Assembly (NCBI GenBank): GCA_028534125.1
Contig: CM052849.1
Location: 20,460,001 to 20,524,000 of the forward strand
From: Lama glama
Taxonomy: Eukaryota
Reading direction: 5' to 3'
DNA length: 64,000 nt
Shown: piece after piece, positions 52,839-64,000 of the stretch
Position numbering within the stretch: the first letter of the stretch is position 1
Layout of the letters: every line of letters starts with the position of its first letter
The notes under the pieces: generated by a model
What the model saw: only the letters and a program-made list of their open reading frames with translations
What the model was told of the DNA's origin: nothing
Database searches by the model: none
Position numbers and translations under genes: made by a program

Positions 52839-54218
52839 GTGGGGCACGTGGGGTGGCGGGGTCCGCGGCCGGGTCCTGGAGTTGGAGGCCAGAGTGGGGA
52901 CCTCTTCGGGCTCGGACGACGCGGGGCTTGGCCTCGGATGAGGGCAGATCATTGCATAGCGGGGTTCGCGACTCTGCTGGGGATATTCTCCCGCCTCGCA
53001 GGGCCCCCGGTTTGAGGGCCTGGTGAGAGGTTTGGCAGAGGCGGGGCGGGAGGGGCATGCCGAGATCAAGGGTGGGGTGCGATGGGGCTGGAGTCCTGGC
53101 CGGGAAAGGGGCAGAGGGCGCAGTTCCCGACGGGACACCGAGACCCGCCTCTCCCCCAGTCTGAGGACCAGGAGGAGGTTCAGGAAGCCGTGCGTGCATG
53201 CAGCCGACTCTTTGGGGCCCTGCTGGCCCGCGGAGAGCTGTTTGTGGGCCAGCTGCCCTCTGAGGAGATGGTCATGGCAGGTGAGCGTCCAGGAGGGTCT
53301 AGTCTCCGGGAGGGTTGGACAGAGACCTTGCTAATATGGGATGAGCCCCTCCAAAACTCCATCATAGGGCCTGTAGGTTGGTAGGATCTAAGACTTTGTA
53401 TGGGGGGAGGGGTAGACCTCGAATACAGATCTTGAAGCCAGATTTAAGTAAAAGTTGAGTGTGGTGTGACTTTATTTTGTTTTCAGCACTCATGGAATTT
53501 GATGTTGTGTTAATTCCACAAAGAATCAGGGTTATGTGTCACAGTCCTTGGCATGTCTGAGTGTTGGGGTAAAGAGAGAGGACCCTCTAGGCAAAGTAGG
53601 GCCCTCTCCCCCTGCGGGGATTGCGGGGGTGTTGGTCCTGCCCCAGGTCTGGTGACAGGTTTCCACTTGTTCCCTGGTTGGGTGGAGTAGAACGCAGTGG
53701 GAGGGTGAGGCTGACCACCCTGCCCCACCTGCAGGGTCCCAGGGGGCCACTCGCAAGTACAAGGTGTGGATGCGGCATCGATACCACAGCTGCTGCAACA
53801 GCCTGGGGGAGCTCTTGGCCCACTCCTCCTTTCAGGTCAAGGTGAGTCTGGGTTGCTGGCCTTGCCTCATCCCTGGACCCCCCCCACCAACCCCCAGCTC
53901 CCTGCTCATCAAAGGTCTGGGGCCGTGGCTGCAAGTACTTGTCTAGATAAGGATGCTCTCTCTTTCTTTGGTTAGTTTTCTGGGGTGTGGGTTCCTTCTG
54001 TCTCCTGACTCACAGGAATGTGATTTGGTGGATATTCTGAATGCCAGGGGGACTCTGGGCCTGTCTGCGGAGGGTGTTGGGGTGGGAACAACTCGATCCC
54101 TTTGTCACCTGTCCTTCTAGGAGCTGGCTCTCAGCACGCTTATGAAGTTTGTGCAGCTGGAGGGCGAGCATCCCCTGGAGAAGCCCAAGTGGGAGGGCAA
54201 CTATCTGTTCCCCCGCCA
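52722..54218 (+). CDS. NOC4L: NOC4L (nucleolar complex-associated 4 homolog), exons 1-4, cut off by the assembly gap
   Basis: Exons 52722-52838, 53160-53280, 53735-53841, 54121->54218. Peptides MEREPG..LASRGEANAVFDILAVLQ, SEDQEEVQEAVRACSRLFGALL, RKYKVWMRHRYHSCCN, ELALSTLMKFVQLEG. Head-to-head with DDX51 as in human. Confidence 0.95.
53160..53280 (+). CDS. NOC4L: NOC4L exon 2
   Basis: cccag| ... GCAG|gtgag. Confidence 0.94.
53735..53841 (+). CDS. NOC4L: NOC4L exon 3
   Basis: tgcag| ... AAG|gtgag. Confidence 0.94.
54121..54218 (+). CDS. NOC4L: NOC4L exon 4 (partial)
   Basis: tctag|GAG CTG...; runs into the N gap. Confidence 0.92.
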
Positions 54219-54718
54219 NNNNNNNNNNNNNNNNNNNNNNNNNNNNNNNNNNNNNNNNNNNNNNNNNNNNNNNNNNNNNNNNNNNNNNNNNNNNNNNNNN
54301 NNNNNNNNNNNNNNNNNNNNNNNNNNNNNNNNNNNNNNNNNNNNNNNNNNNNNNNNNNNNNNNNNNNNNNNNNNNNNNNNNNNNNNNNNNNNNNNNNNNN
54401 NNNNNNNNNNNNNNNNNNNNNNNNNNNNNNNNNNNNNNNNNNNNNNNNNNNNNNNNNNNNNNNNNNNNNNNNNNNNNNNNNNNNNNNNNNNNNNNNNNNN
54501 NNNNNNNNNNNNNNNNNNNNNNNNNNNNNNNNNNNNNNNNNNNNNNNNNNNNNNNNNNNNNNNNNNNNNNNNNNNNNNNNNNNNNNNNNNNNNNNNNNNN
54601 NNNNNNNNNNNNNNNNNNNNNNNNNNNNNNNNNNNNNNNNNNNNNNNNNNNNNNNNNNNNNNNNNNNNNNNNNNNNNNNNNNNNNNNNNNNNNNNNNNNN
54701 NNNNNNNNNNNNNNNNNN
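54219..54718. other. Assembly gap, exactly 500 N
   Basis: Run of N. Confidence 0.99.
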
Positions 54719-55501
54719 GGAGACGTGCTGAGACCCTGGGGAAGCGTGTGCAGGATGTGGCTGGGTGGGTGCGAAGGCTGGATGTGGAGATGAGTATGTC
54801 ACGGGGGAGGGAGGGGCGAGTCGGGGAGCCCACTCAGCGGGGGTGGAGGGGGACCTAAGGGGGGACCGTAGGGGTCATGGCCAGAGGGCAGGGGTGTGAG
54901 GAAGGCCAGCCCTGGAAACAGAGGAGTGGGAGGAAATGCAGGTGAAATGGTCCCTAACAAAACATGGGGGAAGGAGGCCGGCGCCGAGGGAGGGGCTCGC
55001 GATCTGGTGATTCCCAGAGCAGGCGCCCGTGCTGTCCACGCCCAGCAAGACTGAGAGCGGAGGGAGGCCTGTGTGAGCGGGAAGGGGCCGTGGGGGGCAG
55101 GGGGGGCCCCTTCGAACTCTCATCCCGAATACCTGTTCTCGGGGCTCAGGATTTGAGCCCAGCAGCCCCCCGCAGGGCACATGAGGGATTTCAGAGGCTT
55201 CCCGGGAAGGGAAGTCTGGTCCCACTTGGCCGGCAGCTGGGGTGGGGTCTTCCGGGGTGGTCATACCTCAACCCTCTGCCTGAATGCCCTCCCCAGGGGG
55301 CCGGAGGAGGCCGCAGGGTCGGGGACAGAGAGACTGGAGGAGGCGGCCACCGTGCCGTGACCAGCCCAGTGCAGCCCTCCCCCGGCTGCGACTGTGGGCC
55401 GATCACCTAATGGCTGTGAGACGGAGATCACCTGACCCAGCCCCCCACCCCGAGCACTGGAGCTTGGCCCCTGCTGTCCTCACTGCCCCCCCCGGGCTGA
55501 C

Positions 55502-55669
55502 CTGGGTGAAGTCCCACAGCCGCTGCGCCGGCCGGGCCACGTCCTCACACTTCTTCAGGGCGGGCGTGCGGCCCCTGCCGTCATCCACCAGGCACTTGGA
55601 GTCCGGCAGGAAGGCGGTGGAGCCCAGGGGGCCCAGCTGCAGGAGGCCTTCGGCGCTGTACCGCACCAG
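55502..55669 (-). CDS. GALNT9: GALNT9 exon (LVRYSAEG...RLWDFTQ)
   Basis: cccag| ... CAG|gtcag. Confidence 0.94.
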
Positions 55670-58600
55670 CTGGGGAGAGGCCGCGTGGGGGGCGTGGGCG
55701 TCAGGTGGCCCCGGGCAGGGCTGGTGTCGGGGGCTCGGCCTCGCGGCCCCGAAGGGAGGTGGTGGGGCATCGAGGCAGGGGCCACCTAGGCACCAGGGCC
55801 AGCCTTCCTGGGAAGGGGTGGTCCCTGAGGAGCCCTGCTCTGCCCCGGCACAGGGGCCACTGTGTGCGAAGAGCCCACGGAGGGACACCTCCCAAAAACC
55901 CCAGCAGGACTGCCTCGGACTCCTTCCCCAGACCCCTGCTCGGACCCACCCTCAGTGGCTCCCAGAGCCTCCGCCTCAGAGGAGAATTCCACACGTGCTC
56001 CAGGCCGCCCAACTGCCCTTGAACCAAAGGTGGCCCCAAGTTCAAGGTCCCAGTTCATGTTTTTAGCCAAACGCCAGGTTAAGAGACAACTAGAGGTTTA
56101 CAGGGAACCCAGTGCTATCCATTCCTGCCGCTCCCCAGCTGTGTGGCCTTGAGCAAGTGACGCCACCTCTCTGTGCCTCAGTTTCCTTGTCTGTAAGCGG
56201 GAGATTATGACAGCACCTGCTGGCAGGGCTGCCGGGAGGACCGCGTGGGTTCTGTACACGAGACGCTGGATGAACGCAGCAGGTGCTACTGCAGGTCAAG
56301 TGCACCCCCCTCTCCTTTCTCTCACTTTCTCTCCCATGTGGCACACACGTGCACACACACACTCTGCCTGAACCCTCGTCACGGGCAGCTGTATCTTCCA
56401 GGACAGTTCGATAGACCAGCACCTCCCCTGCGTGTTTGCGCAGCCCTGTGACCCTGACGTCCCTGTTAAGCGCGGGGCCCAGATTCTCTCCTGAGTCTTC
56501 CTGGGGGGCGTGGACGTTGCAGAAGGGGTGCTATCCAACTCTGGGGCCTGGCGGAACCGGCCGTGACACCTCCCACGTCTCCTGGGATGCCTGCCCCCTG
56601 GAATCACCGGAGACGCCACTCTGCTGTGACGGAGCCTGAGCAGCCGGGGAGAGGCCACGAGGGGGCAGGCCGAGGCCCTGGAGCGGCCGGCGCACCTGCG
56701 GCCAGGTAGCCCCCAGGCCTGCCGGGTGGTCTGCACAGAGCGGAGAGACTGGCCTTGCTGCAGCTTTGGGAGCAAAATGAAGACGGCACTCCCTTCAGAC
56801 CATTCTGTTTGGGGCAGGTGCTCACTGACACGCACATGTCCCTTCACTGTTCACTTTCTTCCTGAAGCCAAGGAGGTTTGGTTCTGGGGTCCGCGGCACA
56901 TCGAAGTGCAGGACAAACTCCAAGCCACAGCCCTGCTGACCTGCAGCTTCAGCCTCCCAAGTAAGTAAGGACCTGGCAGAGCCAGGAAGCAGGAGCCTTG
57001 GTGCTGGGGACCTGGCAGGGTCGGCGAGTCCAGTGGTGCATCCCCGCGCCCACGGAGGACCAGCGGCCGGAAGGTGACAGTCAGGAGGCCGCTCTGAGCG
57101 AAGGAGGTGCCTCGGCTTCTGTGATTTACCACCAACCCCACCCCAGCCCCACCTCGGAAACGCCCCGCGGGGAAGCAGCTGGGGCTGGGGCGGGGCATCG
57201 AGGACTGCAGGGGGCTCCTGTTGGCCTCAGGGAAGCCTCTACAGATGCCTTCTCGAATGCGTAGAGGTGAAAGGATGTGACGCCTGCAGCTCGCTTTACG
57301 TGACTCATAAAAAAATAGGTGATGGGAACACAGGCAATCTGTCTGGACCGGGGAGTGAAAACCGTACCTGTAAAGGGCGCTTCGCGGATACTGCGGCATG
57401 TTCTTCACCTTTTTCCCCTCACAAACCTTTAAACTGGTAAAAACCTCTCTGCCCCGCAGACTGCGGTTAGCTGACCCCAGACGTGTGTGGTTGGCCATCT
57501 CACGGCTTTTCTACTTTTCCGGGTGTTTGAGAAGTGTCATATAAAACCTGACAAGTAAAGGAGGAGCACCCTGATGGCCCCAGGCTGCCCGTGTCCAGGC
57601 TGGAGGGGTCCTGTGAGGACGCGGAGGCCCACATGCCTGCCCCGTGCCCCGCTCACGCACACTGGTCGGGCCAGTGCTGCGGACAGAGGGCTGGACCCCA
57701 TCGTGGGGGGTCTACGTGCTGGTCTGTGTCTGGGGCCCAGGACTGCTTCCTAACCATCTACACGTGTGCAGATTTTGGTCGGAGACTGGCTTTCTATGTG
57801 GCCATTGTTATGGGTTGAGTTGTGTCCCCACAAAAGTCATGTCAAAGTCCTAACCCCCGGGTACCTGGGAAGGTGACCTCATTTGGAAAGAGGGTCACTG
57901 CTGATGTGCTCAAGGGACGATGGTCATCCTGGGTTAGGGTGGCCCTCAGCCAGTGTGACTGGTGTCTTGATAAGGAGAAAAAACAGACACAGGAGAAGGC
58001 AGGGGAACACAGACACAGACCTGCACAGGCCACATGGCGACAGAGGCAGAGACTGGGGGATGCAGACACAAGACGATAATCTCTGGGGGACCAGAGGCTG
58101 GGAGAGGCGGGAAGGACCCCCGCCCCGACAGCCCCGCTGACACCTCGATCTGGGGTTTCTGGTCTCCAGAAGCCAGAGACTAGATGTCTGCTCTGTAAGC
58201 CAGTGCCCAGCTGGCGGTACTTCGTCGTGGTGGCCCAGGGCACTAGCACAGCCGGGGATGGGGTTGAGGGAGGTGGCCTGTCCCCATTAACGTCGCAGCA
58301 GCCTCCTCAGAGACCAAGCAGACTGAGGTCGTTGGCAAAGGAGACGTCGCTGCAGGCACATCCGGCCTGGCTGGGGACGTGGGTCCACCTGATCTCTCTG
58401 AAGGGCTCGGCCACATGGGCCAGCCTCTCCCATCCACCTGCCTCCGCCTCCACTGTGTTTCCAGCAGAAGCAGGGCCGCTCCTGCAGCTGCCCTGGGGTC
58501 CAGTCGTGGTGGGGGCTCCCCTGGGCGTTGCTCGGGGTCACTGGGACACCCATGCCTCACCCAGCCACATGACTTCCTGCCCCTAGACACTTCCAAGGCC

Positions 58601-61516
58601 GGCCCCCCGAGCTGCCCCTCCAGCCGCAGAAATGGAGGTGACATGGTGTCCTCTCTCGGTCACGTGTTGCTCCGCCTCATGGGTGCAGAGGAGCAGGGCA
58701 TGTCCAGAGACCTCTCCGTACAGGACGCGGCCTCTCCCCTCATGTCCATGCCAGCCAGAGGATTCCCCACCTGTGACTGAGGGGCCCAGCAAATTGAATT
58801 TCTTTGGGAGGGCTGAGGTGCATTTGCATCTCAAAGGAAGACTCTGTTTTGCTCTTAATCCCAGGCCCGCACGCCAGCTGGAGGTCCTGGGAGGAGGCTG
58901 CAGTCATGCCCTCGGCTCCCGTCTTCACAGGCTGGGCCTCCGGCGCCCACGGAGTAACCCCCGGGCGGCGGCACGGACGCTCCAGCGTCCATGGACGTCT
59001 CAGCACGTGGCTCAGACCCAGAGCGTGTGTCATTTCCAGGGTTTAGTGTAAATAGCACCCAATCGCCACTGCAGGCAGGAGGAGTCACCTGGGATGGGAA
59101 GCCTCAGGCTCTGCTTCCATCGGGGTCCAGGGCACCAGCACCGCTAGAGCTTCGGAAACACACCTCCCCCCTCCCCCGCCCGGCCCCTGCGGCCTGCGGG
59201 CATCGGGCACCTGCCTGCGAGGGTGTTTGAAAGCCCTCCTGGCAATTCTGAGCTGGAGCCTGGCTGAGCGTCACTTGGCAGGCGCTCCACTGACAAGAAC
59301 CGGTGGTTGCCGGCGATACTTTCTGGGTTCTGTCTGCACCACGGCTACCGTTTACCCTCATTTTCCTCTTCAGTCCACACAGCAGCCCCGAGGAGCCGGC
59401 ATGGGAATCATCCCATCTGATGGATGTGAAAACTTAGGCACAGATGTTGGGTGAGTCCCCTAAGGCCTGTTCGGCGCCAAAGCCCTTGCCGTTCATTTTC
59501 CCGGGGCCGGGGTCTCCAGGAGGGGCCCGAACCCACAGCCTCAGTGGCACCAGGATGCCCGCCACGTGCCACCGCCCCCTGCGGCCGGGGCGTCCCCGCC
59601 GCCCCTACCTGGGAGGACATCCCGTGGCAGGGGTACAGGATGGCCCGGTCGTCATCTTCCGCCCCCTGGTCCAAGCAGTAGCCGCTGGCTTTGCTGTTTC
59701 TCACCTGCAGCCAGAAAGCCAAGGAGACGCCCCATCACAAGGGTCCCTGAGGCCGAAGCGGGCTGGAGGCGCTGTACCTGCCCATCCCTGCCCAGTGCCA
59801 GGGGTCTCAGGAAAGCGTGGGCCCGACGTCCAGGATGAGACCCACCAGGGCGCGGGGGCTGCCCTGGAAAGGGGAGGCGTGCGCCATGCGTGTGTGGATG
59901 TGCCTGAGCACTTCGCTGTCTGCTGTCCACGCACACAGGCACAGGGAGGGGTGTGGGTGCCGGGTGGTGGGGTGCGGGGGGTGCAGGCTGGGGGCCATCC
60001 CGGCGGAGGCGGTACCTCTCCGTACGTCAGCGTGTCGTTGTAGGTCCTCATCTCTGGGTACACGTTGTCCAGGTACCACTTGAAGCTTCGGCATTTCAGC
60101 CTCTGGCGCAGGGCCAGCCGCTCAGACACGTCCCCGAAGTCCACCCCCGGGTTCTGCAAGGCCAGAAGGGCACTTGAATGTGGAGCGCCTCCACTACCCA
60201 GGCCTCTGCCCAGGGCAGGGGAGCCTCAGGGCCCACAGACCCTCCTACCGGAGCAGCCCCCACCCTCCAGGCTCCCAGACACCGAGCCTCTGGGGTGGCC
60301 TCCCGCCCTCCCAGGACCCTAGCAGGTCCCGGGTAGCTGTTCCCGATGGGAAAACCCTGGTGTCTCCAGCCTGCTTTGCGGCGGGTCCTGCTGGAGACCA
60401 GCCTGGCCTGGATGGACGGGCACTGGTGGTGTGTGGGCCTGGCTTGTCCACACCCTGCACGCTCCAAAGGAAAGACTTGCCCTTGGCCAGCTCGCCCATG
60501 TGTGTGCTGGGTCCTAGTGCAAGATCTAGCTCTGATGGTGGGTTGATGTATAAAAGCTTTTTCCAGGACAAGTCTATACCAGGGCCCAGGGACTCGAATC
60601 CTCCGTGTCCAGGGAAGCAATGTGTGCATGAAGCTGGTCCTGCAGTCCGTGCGGGTGGGCGGGGACGGCAGCCCGGGTGTCACCCCACCAAAGGGGCAGC
60701 CTGTCCTCAGCACACACGCACACCCAGTGCACACACGTACATGCACGCATGCAGTGCGTATGCCCAAGCCCGCTCCTCCAGGCTGCCCCCCGGGTTAGGA
60801 ACCCCTGGCTTACACCCAGCTCCTGCTTCCTGCCAGCAGCAGGCAAGCACCTCTCCAGGCCTCCTGTCCCCCACTCCCTGCAGGGCAGGCTGGTCTGGCT
60901 GCAGGCAGCACCCAAAGCGGGAGAGGAAGCCGCCATCCCTACAGCGGGGCCCCCGAGAACCTGGTTACGGGTCTGACAGGGGACGCAGTTCTGTTCTGGC
61001 TCTGGCTCTCAGCAGCAGTGCGTCCCCGCATGCCTCGGTTTCCCTCTCCGGCAGTTGGGAGGGGGTGCTGTGTTCTAGGGGGTGCTGCCGTCGCCCTGGG
61101 GGAGCTCCCGTGGTGGAAGGAGGGGCGTGCTAATTAGCGCAGTGGTCGTTGCACTACAGACAAGGAATGGGCTCTCCTCGCCGCCGGAAGTATCGACATT
61201 CCAGAGACCCTTCCGGCTGAGCTGCCCGGGAGGCCCCACCTCCCCTGATGGGCTGCACCTCCCTGGGGCGGCCTCCCCCCCCATCCCCGCCCTGGCTTCC
61301 GCCCCGCCCGGCCCCACCCGGCCGGCTTACGGTCATGGGGATGTTCCAGGCCATGTACACGTGGGACTTGAAGCCGTCCATCCACACCTCGGCGGCCCGC
61401 AGGGCGTTGCGCTTGGCGTAGTAGTCGATGTCATTGTTGTAGGGCTTCTTGGTGCGCTCGATGTGGGCCACGCGGGAGCAGGGCAGCACCTCCATGCTGC
61501 CGCCGCACTGCCACAC
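55502..61516 (-). CDS. GALNT9: GALNT9 (polypeptide GalNAc-transferase 9), four 3' internal exons: end of the catalytic domain and the ricin-type lectin domain
   Basis: Exons 61331-61516, 60016-60153, 59609-59704 and 55502-55669, all phase 0 and GT-AG. The last exon was not seen (probably in the gap); upstream exons lie beyond the window. Synteny supports GALNT9 over the paralogues GALNT17/18. Confidence 0.93.
56090..56290 (+). mobile_element. MIR
   Basis: ctgtgtggccttgagcaagtgac..cctctctgtgcctcagtttccttgtctgtaa core. Confidence 0.8.
57806..58250 (+). mobile_element. MLT1-type MaLR solo LTR
   Basis: tgttatgggttgagttgtgtcccc...gtgacctcatttggaaagaggg...cactagcaca. Confidence 0.82.
59609..59704 (-). 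CDS. GALNT9: GALNT9 exon ([14 protein letters not shown]...HGMSSQ)
   Basis: tgcag| ... CAG|gtagg. Confidence 0.94.
60016..60153 (-). CDS. GALNT9: GALNT9 exon ([13 protein letters not shown]...TYGE)
   Basis: tgcag| ... GAG|gtacc. Confidence 0.94.
61331..61516 (-). CDS. GALNT9: GALNT9 exon ([18 protein letters not shown]...WNIPMT)
   Basis: cgcag| ... ACC|gtaag. Confidence 0.94.
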
Positions 61517-62224
61517 CTGCGGGGGCACCCAGGGCCCGCTGGCTGGCCGGCCCTGCCCTACCCCCCAGCCCCCGGGGCACCCGCCTCCACCCGGGCACCC
61601 CTGCTCCCAGACCCCGGGACACGCCTCCCCGAGGGGGCCCTGGCCGCCTGGGCCGCTGGGGGCAAGAGGCCCAAGAGAAGCCGCGGCCTTGGGTCCAGTC
61701 CACCAAAGCCTGGGTGCCAGGCGGCCTCGCCCTCTGGCTTTCCCATCAATTCTTTTCCCTGAACCTTCCAGGATCTAAACAAGAGAGAGATTCTTCTCCT
61801 GACACCTCGACACTTCCTTAGTATCCCCTTCCCGGGGCCCCCAACCCACCCCCACCCAGGGCTGGCTCCGGGCTGGGAGTTTGGCCTGAGAAGCGTCACT
61901 TCCCACCAGCAGCTGCCCCTCCCCTCCAGCCAGAAGAAGAAACCTACAATCTAATTTAAAAAGAGCAGCTCGCTCGGCAAACCGTTCCAGACAACTTCGA
62001 TCCAAGGACGCACGGCTCCCAGTACCCCAGGCGCAGTCTCGGCCTACAGAAGTCTAAACAGGCAGCGCTGCTTCTGCAAACAAGGCTCCCCAGGGGCCCT
62101 GGCTGCCGGAACCCTCAGCGGGGATAGAAAGGTATTTTGCATCATAATCTCCTTTCTATGCATGGTTACCTCTGCACTGCTTCGCCCAAACAGAACAGCC
62201 TCACTAGGCACGGGGTGTGTTAGT

Positions 62225-62300
62225 CTGCTCTGTTCTGTTCTATTCGATTCCATTCTGTTCCATTCTGTCCCACCCTTTTCTGTCCCATCCTCTGCCATCC
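62225..62300 (+). repeat. Degenerate pentamer repeat (TTCTG/TTCTA/TTCCA)
   Basis: ctgttctgttctattcgattccattctgttccattctgtccc. Confidence 0.7.
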
Positions 62301-62304
62301 TATC

Positions 62305-62707
62305 TCTGATGGTTAATTTTATGTGCCAACGTGACTGAGCCACGGGCTGTTCAGGTATTTGGTTCGCCGCTGTTCTGGGTGTGTCCAGGAGCGTGTGTCC
62401 CGGTGAGAGGAACACTTAACTTGGTGGGCTGAGTATAGGAGACTGCCCTCCTCAGTGTGGGTGGGCCCTGTCCAATCAGTTGAAGGCCTGAATAGAACGA
62501 AAACCAACTGAGCAGGGAGAACTCACCCTTTCTGCCTGCCCGTCCGCGAGGTGGGACGCTCATCATTTCTTGCCTTGGGACTTGGACGGGAACTACCCCC
62601 TTAGCATCCTGGGCCTCCCACTCGCCAGCTGCAGACCTCGGGCTTCTCAGCTTCCATGACTGTGTGGGCCAACCCCTCGTCCTCTCGGGAGAACCCAGAC
62701 TAACACA
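62305..62707 (+). mobile_element. MLT2-type ERVL solo LTR
   Basis: tgatggttaattttatgtgccaac...caatcagttgaaggcctgaatagaac...gagaacccagactaacaca. Confidence 0.82.
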
Positions 62708-63479
62708 CCCCCTACCCTACCCCGCGCCACCCTGCTGGAAACTTGCTGGTGCTGACACGGCCCGCAGCCGGGATAAGAAGTCATCTCTGAGCAAGTCGGG
62801 CATCCTGGCTGAGGGCAGGCTGTCTGCCCCTGGTGGTTCCCTGAGCACGTCCCCACACGTCCAGTCTCCCCTGGTCCGGCTCACGGCCTGCTCGGGCCCA
62901 CCAGCTCCGCACCTGCACGCTCAGCGGGCGTCACCGCCCCCTTCGTCATGACCGTCAGACGCTGACCAGCTTGTTCCCAACTCCCGAGTGACATAGACGT
63001 GGCCCTGCTTCCACGTCGCTGGAGGAGGGCCTGGTCCCGGGGGGACGCCGGGGGCAGCAGGGGGAGGGCTGGAGGCCCTGCAGGGGCTTTGAAGGGCCAG
63101 GCCTGTGCGTGACTTCCGCCACTTCTGCTCACACGCCTGTCAAACCCAGGCACGTGGCCCAGCTGCCCAGGAGGCTGGGAACGTAGGTGGACACCCGGTG
63201 AGCCAGGGATCTTCCAGAAGGCCAAACATGGAAACAGAAGGGAGGAAGCTCTACAGACCTGCAGGGAAGCATCCGACTCCCCCGCCCACCTTCTGTGGTT
63301 GCTGTCACTGCCAGTTTCCTGGGTCCCCCTGTTCCAGCTGCTGTCCCTCCCTGCCCAGACTCAGCACAGGGCTGGGGTTCTGCCAAAACCCAAGTCTGGC
63401 TGTCCTGTCCTCTGCTGCTCCCAAGACTCACCAGCCTCAGCCCCGCTCTGCCTCTGCTCACTTCAGAGCCCGGCGCGTA

Positions 63480-63930
63480 CCCTGCCCAGGGCCTTTGCAC
63501 CAGCTGCAAAAGGCCTCCACCCGGAACTTCCTCCCCGGAGCTCCGTCTGCCTGGCTGCCTGCCCACCTTCAACTATGCTCAGATGTCACCTCCTCCAGGA
63601 TTCCCTCTTGACTGCCCCATTTAAAGCTACAGCGTCTCGGGTCTCATCCCCTGGCCAGCCTTATTTACTGTCGTGGCTTTTTTTCTCCTCACACCATTGA
63701 CTTACTGATTCCATTTTGTCCGTCTGCGCTACGCAGATGTGAGCCTTGGTCAGGGGGGTTTCTGTTGCTACGTTCCTGACTGATCTACCTGGACCAGGAG
63801 ATAGCAGTCTGCCGTGTGGGGGCGGGGCGGGGTTAACTCGGTCCTCACTACAGATGAAAGGAAGACCTAGGCTCAGAGGAGTTAAGAAGCGTGTCCAGGG
63901 TCACACGGCTGGCTCGTGGTGGGGCAGGGA
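63480..63930. mobile_element. L2 3' fragment followed by a MIR
   Basis: cagggcctttgcac...ctcagatgtcacctcctccagga (L2); cagatgaaaggaagacctaggctcagagga (MIR). Confidence 0.6.
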
Positions 63931-64000
63931 CTCGGAAACACTGCACGCAGCCCCCGAAGTGGCTTCTTCGCCCAGACTGGTGGAGGTGTCGCAGGGCCGG

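Noticed and set aside
54770-54800. RRLDVEMSM resembling the GALNT9 last exon (RCLEVEMS)
   Set aside because: Wrong strand, flanks do not match and there is no acceptor; coincidence
54102-54858. Several long ORFs across 54.1-54.9 kb
   Set aside because: Artefacts of translating the N run

Overview
GC-rich mammalian genomic DNA, most likely a camelid judging by the tRNA-derived SINEs (inferred). It is syntenic with distal human 12q24.33. Gene order: the 3' half of EP400 (+, 26 coding exons, 2053-32136, hosting SNORA49); a complete, intact DDX51 (-, 15 exons, 646 aa); NOC4L exons 1-4 (+), head-to-head with DDX51 across a 161-bp CpG promoter; a 500-N scaffold gap; and four 3' exons of GALNT9 (-). 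Two things stand out. (1) The EP400NL/EP400P1 locus that separates EP400 and DDX51 in human is collapsed to a ~126-bp, stop-free relic of the EP400 N-terminal domain that keeps its splice donor (39471-39596). (2) A degenerate ~7.3-kb class I endogenous retrovirus (two LTRs, Ile-type PBS, gag-pro-pol, env stub, internal 27-bp minisatellite) fills DDX51 intron 2 in antisense orientation. Comparisons with human sequences and repeat consensuses are from memory; no searches were run.
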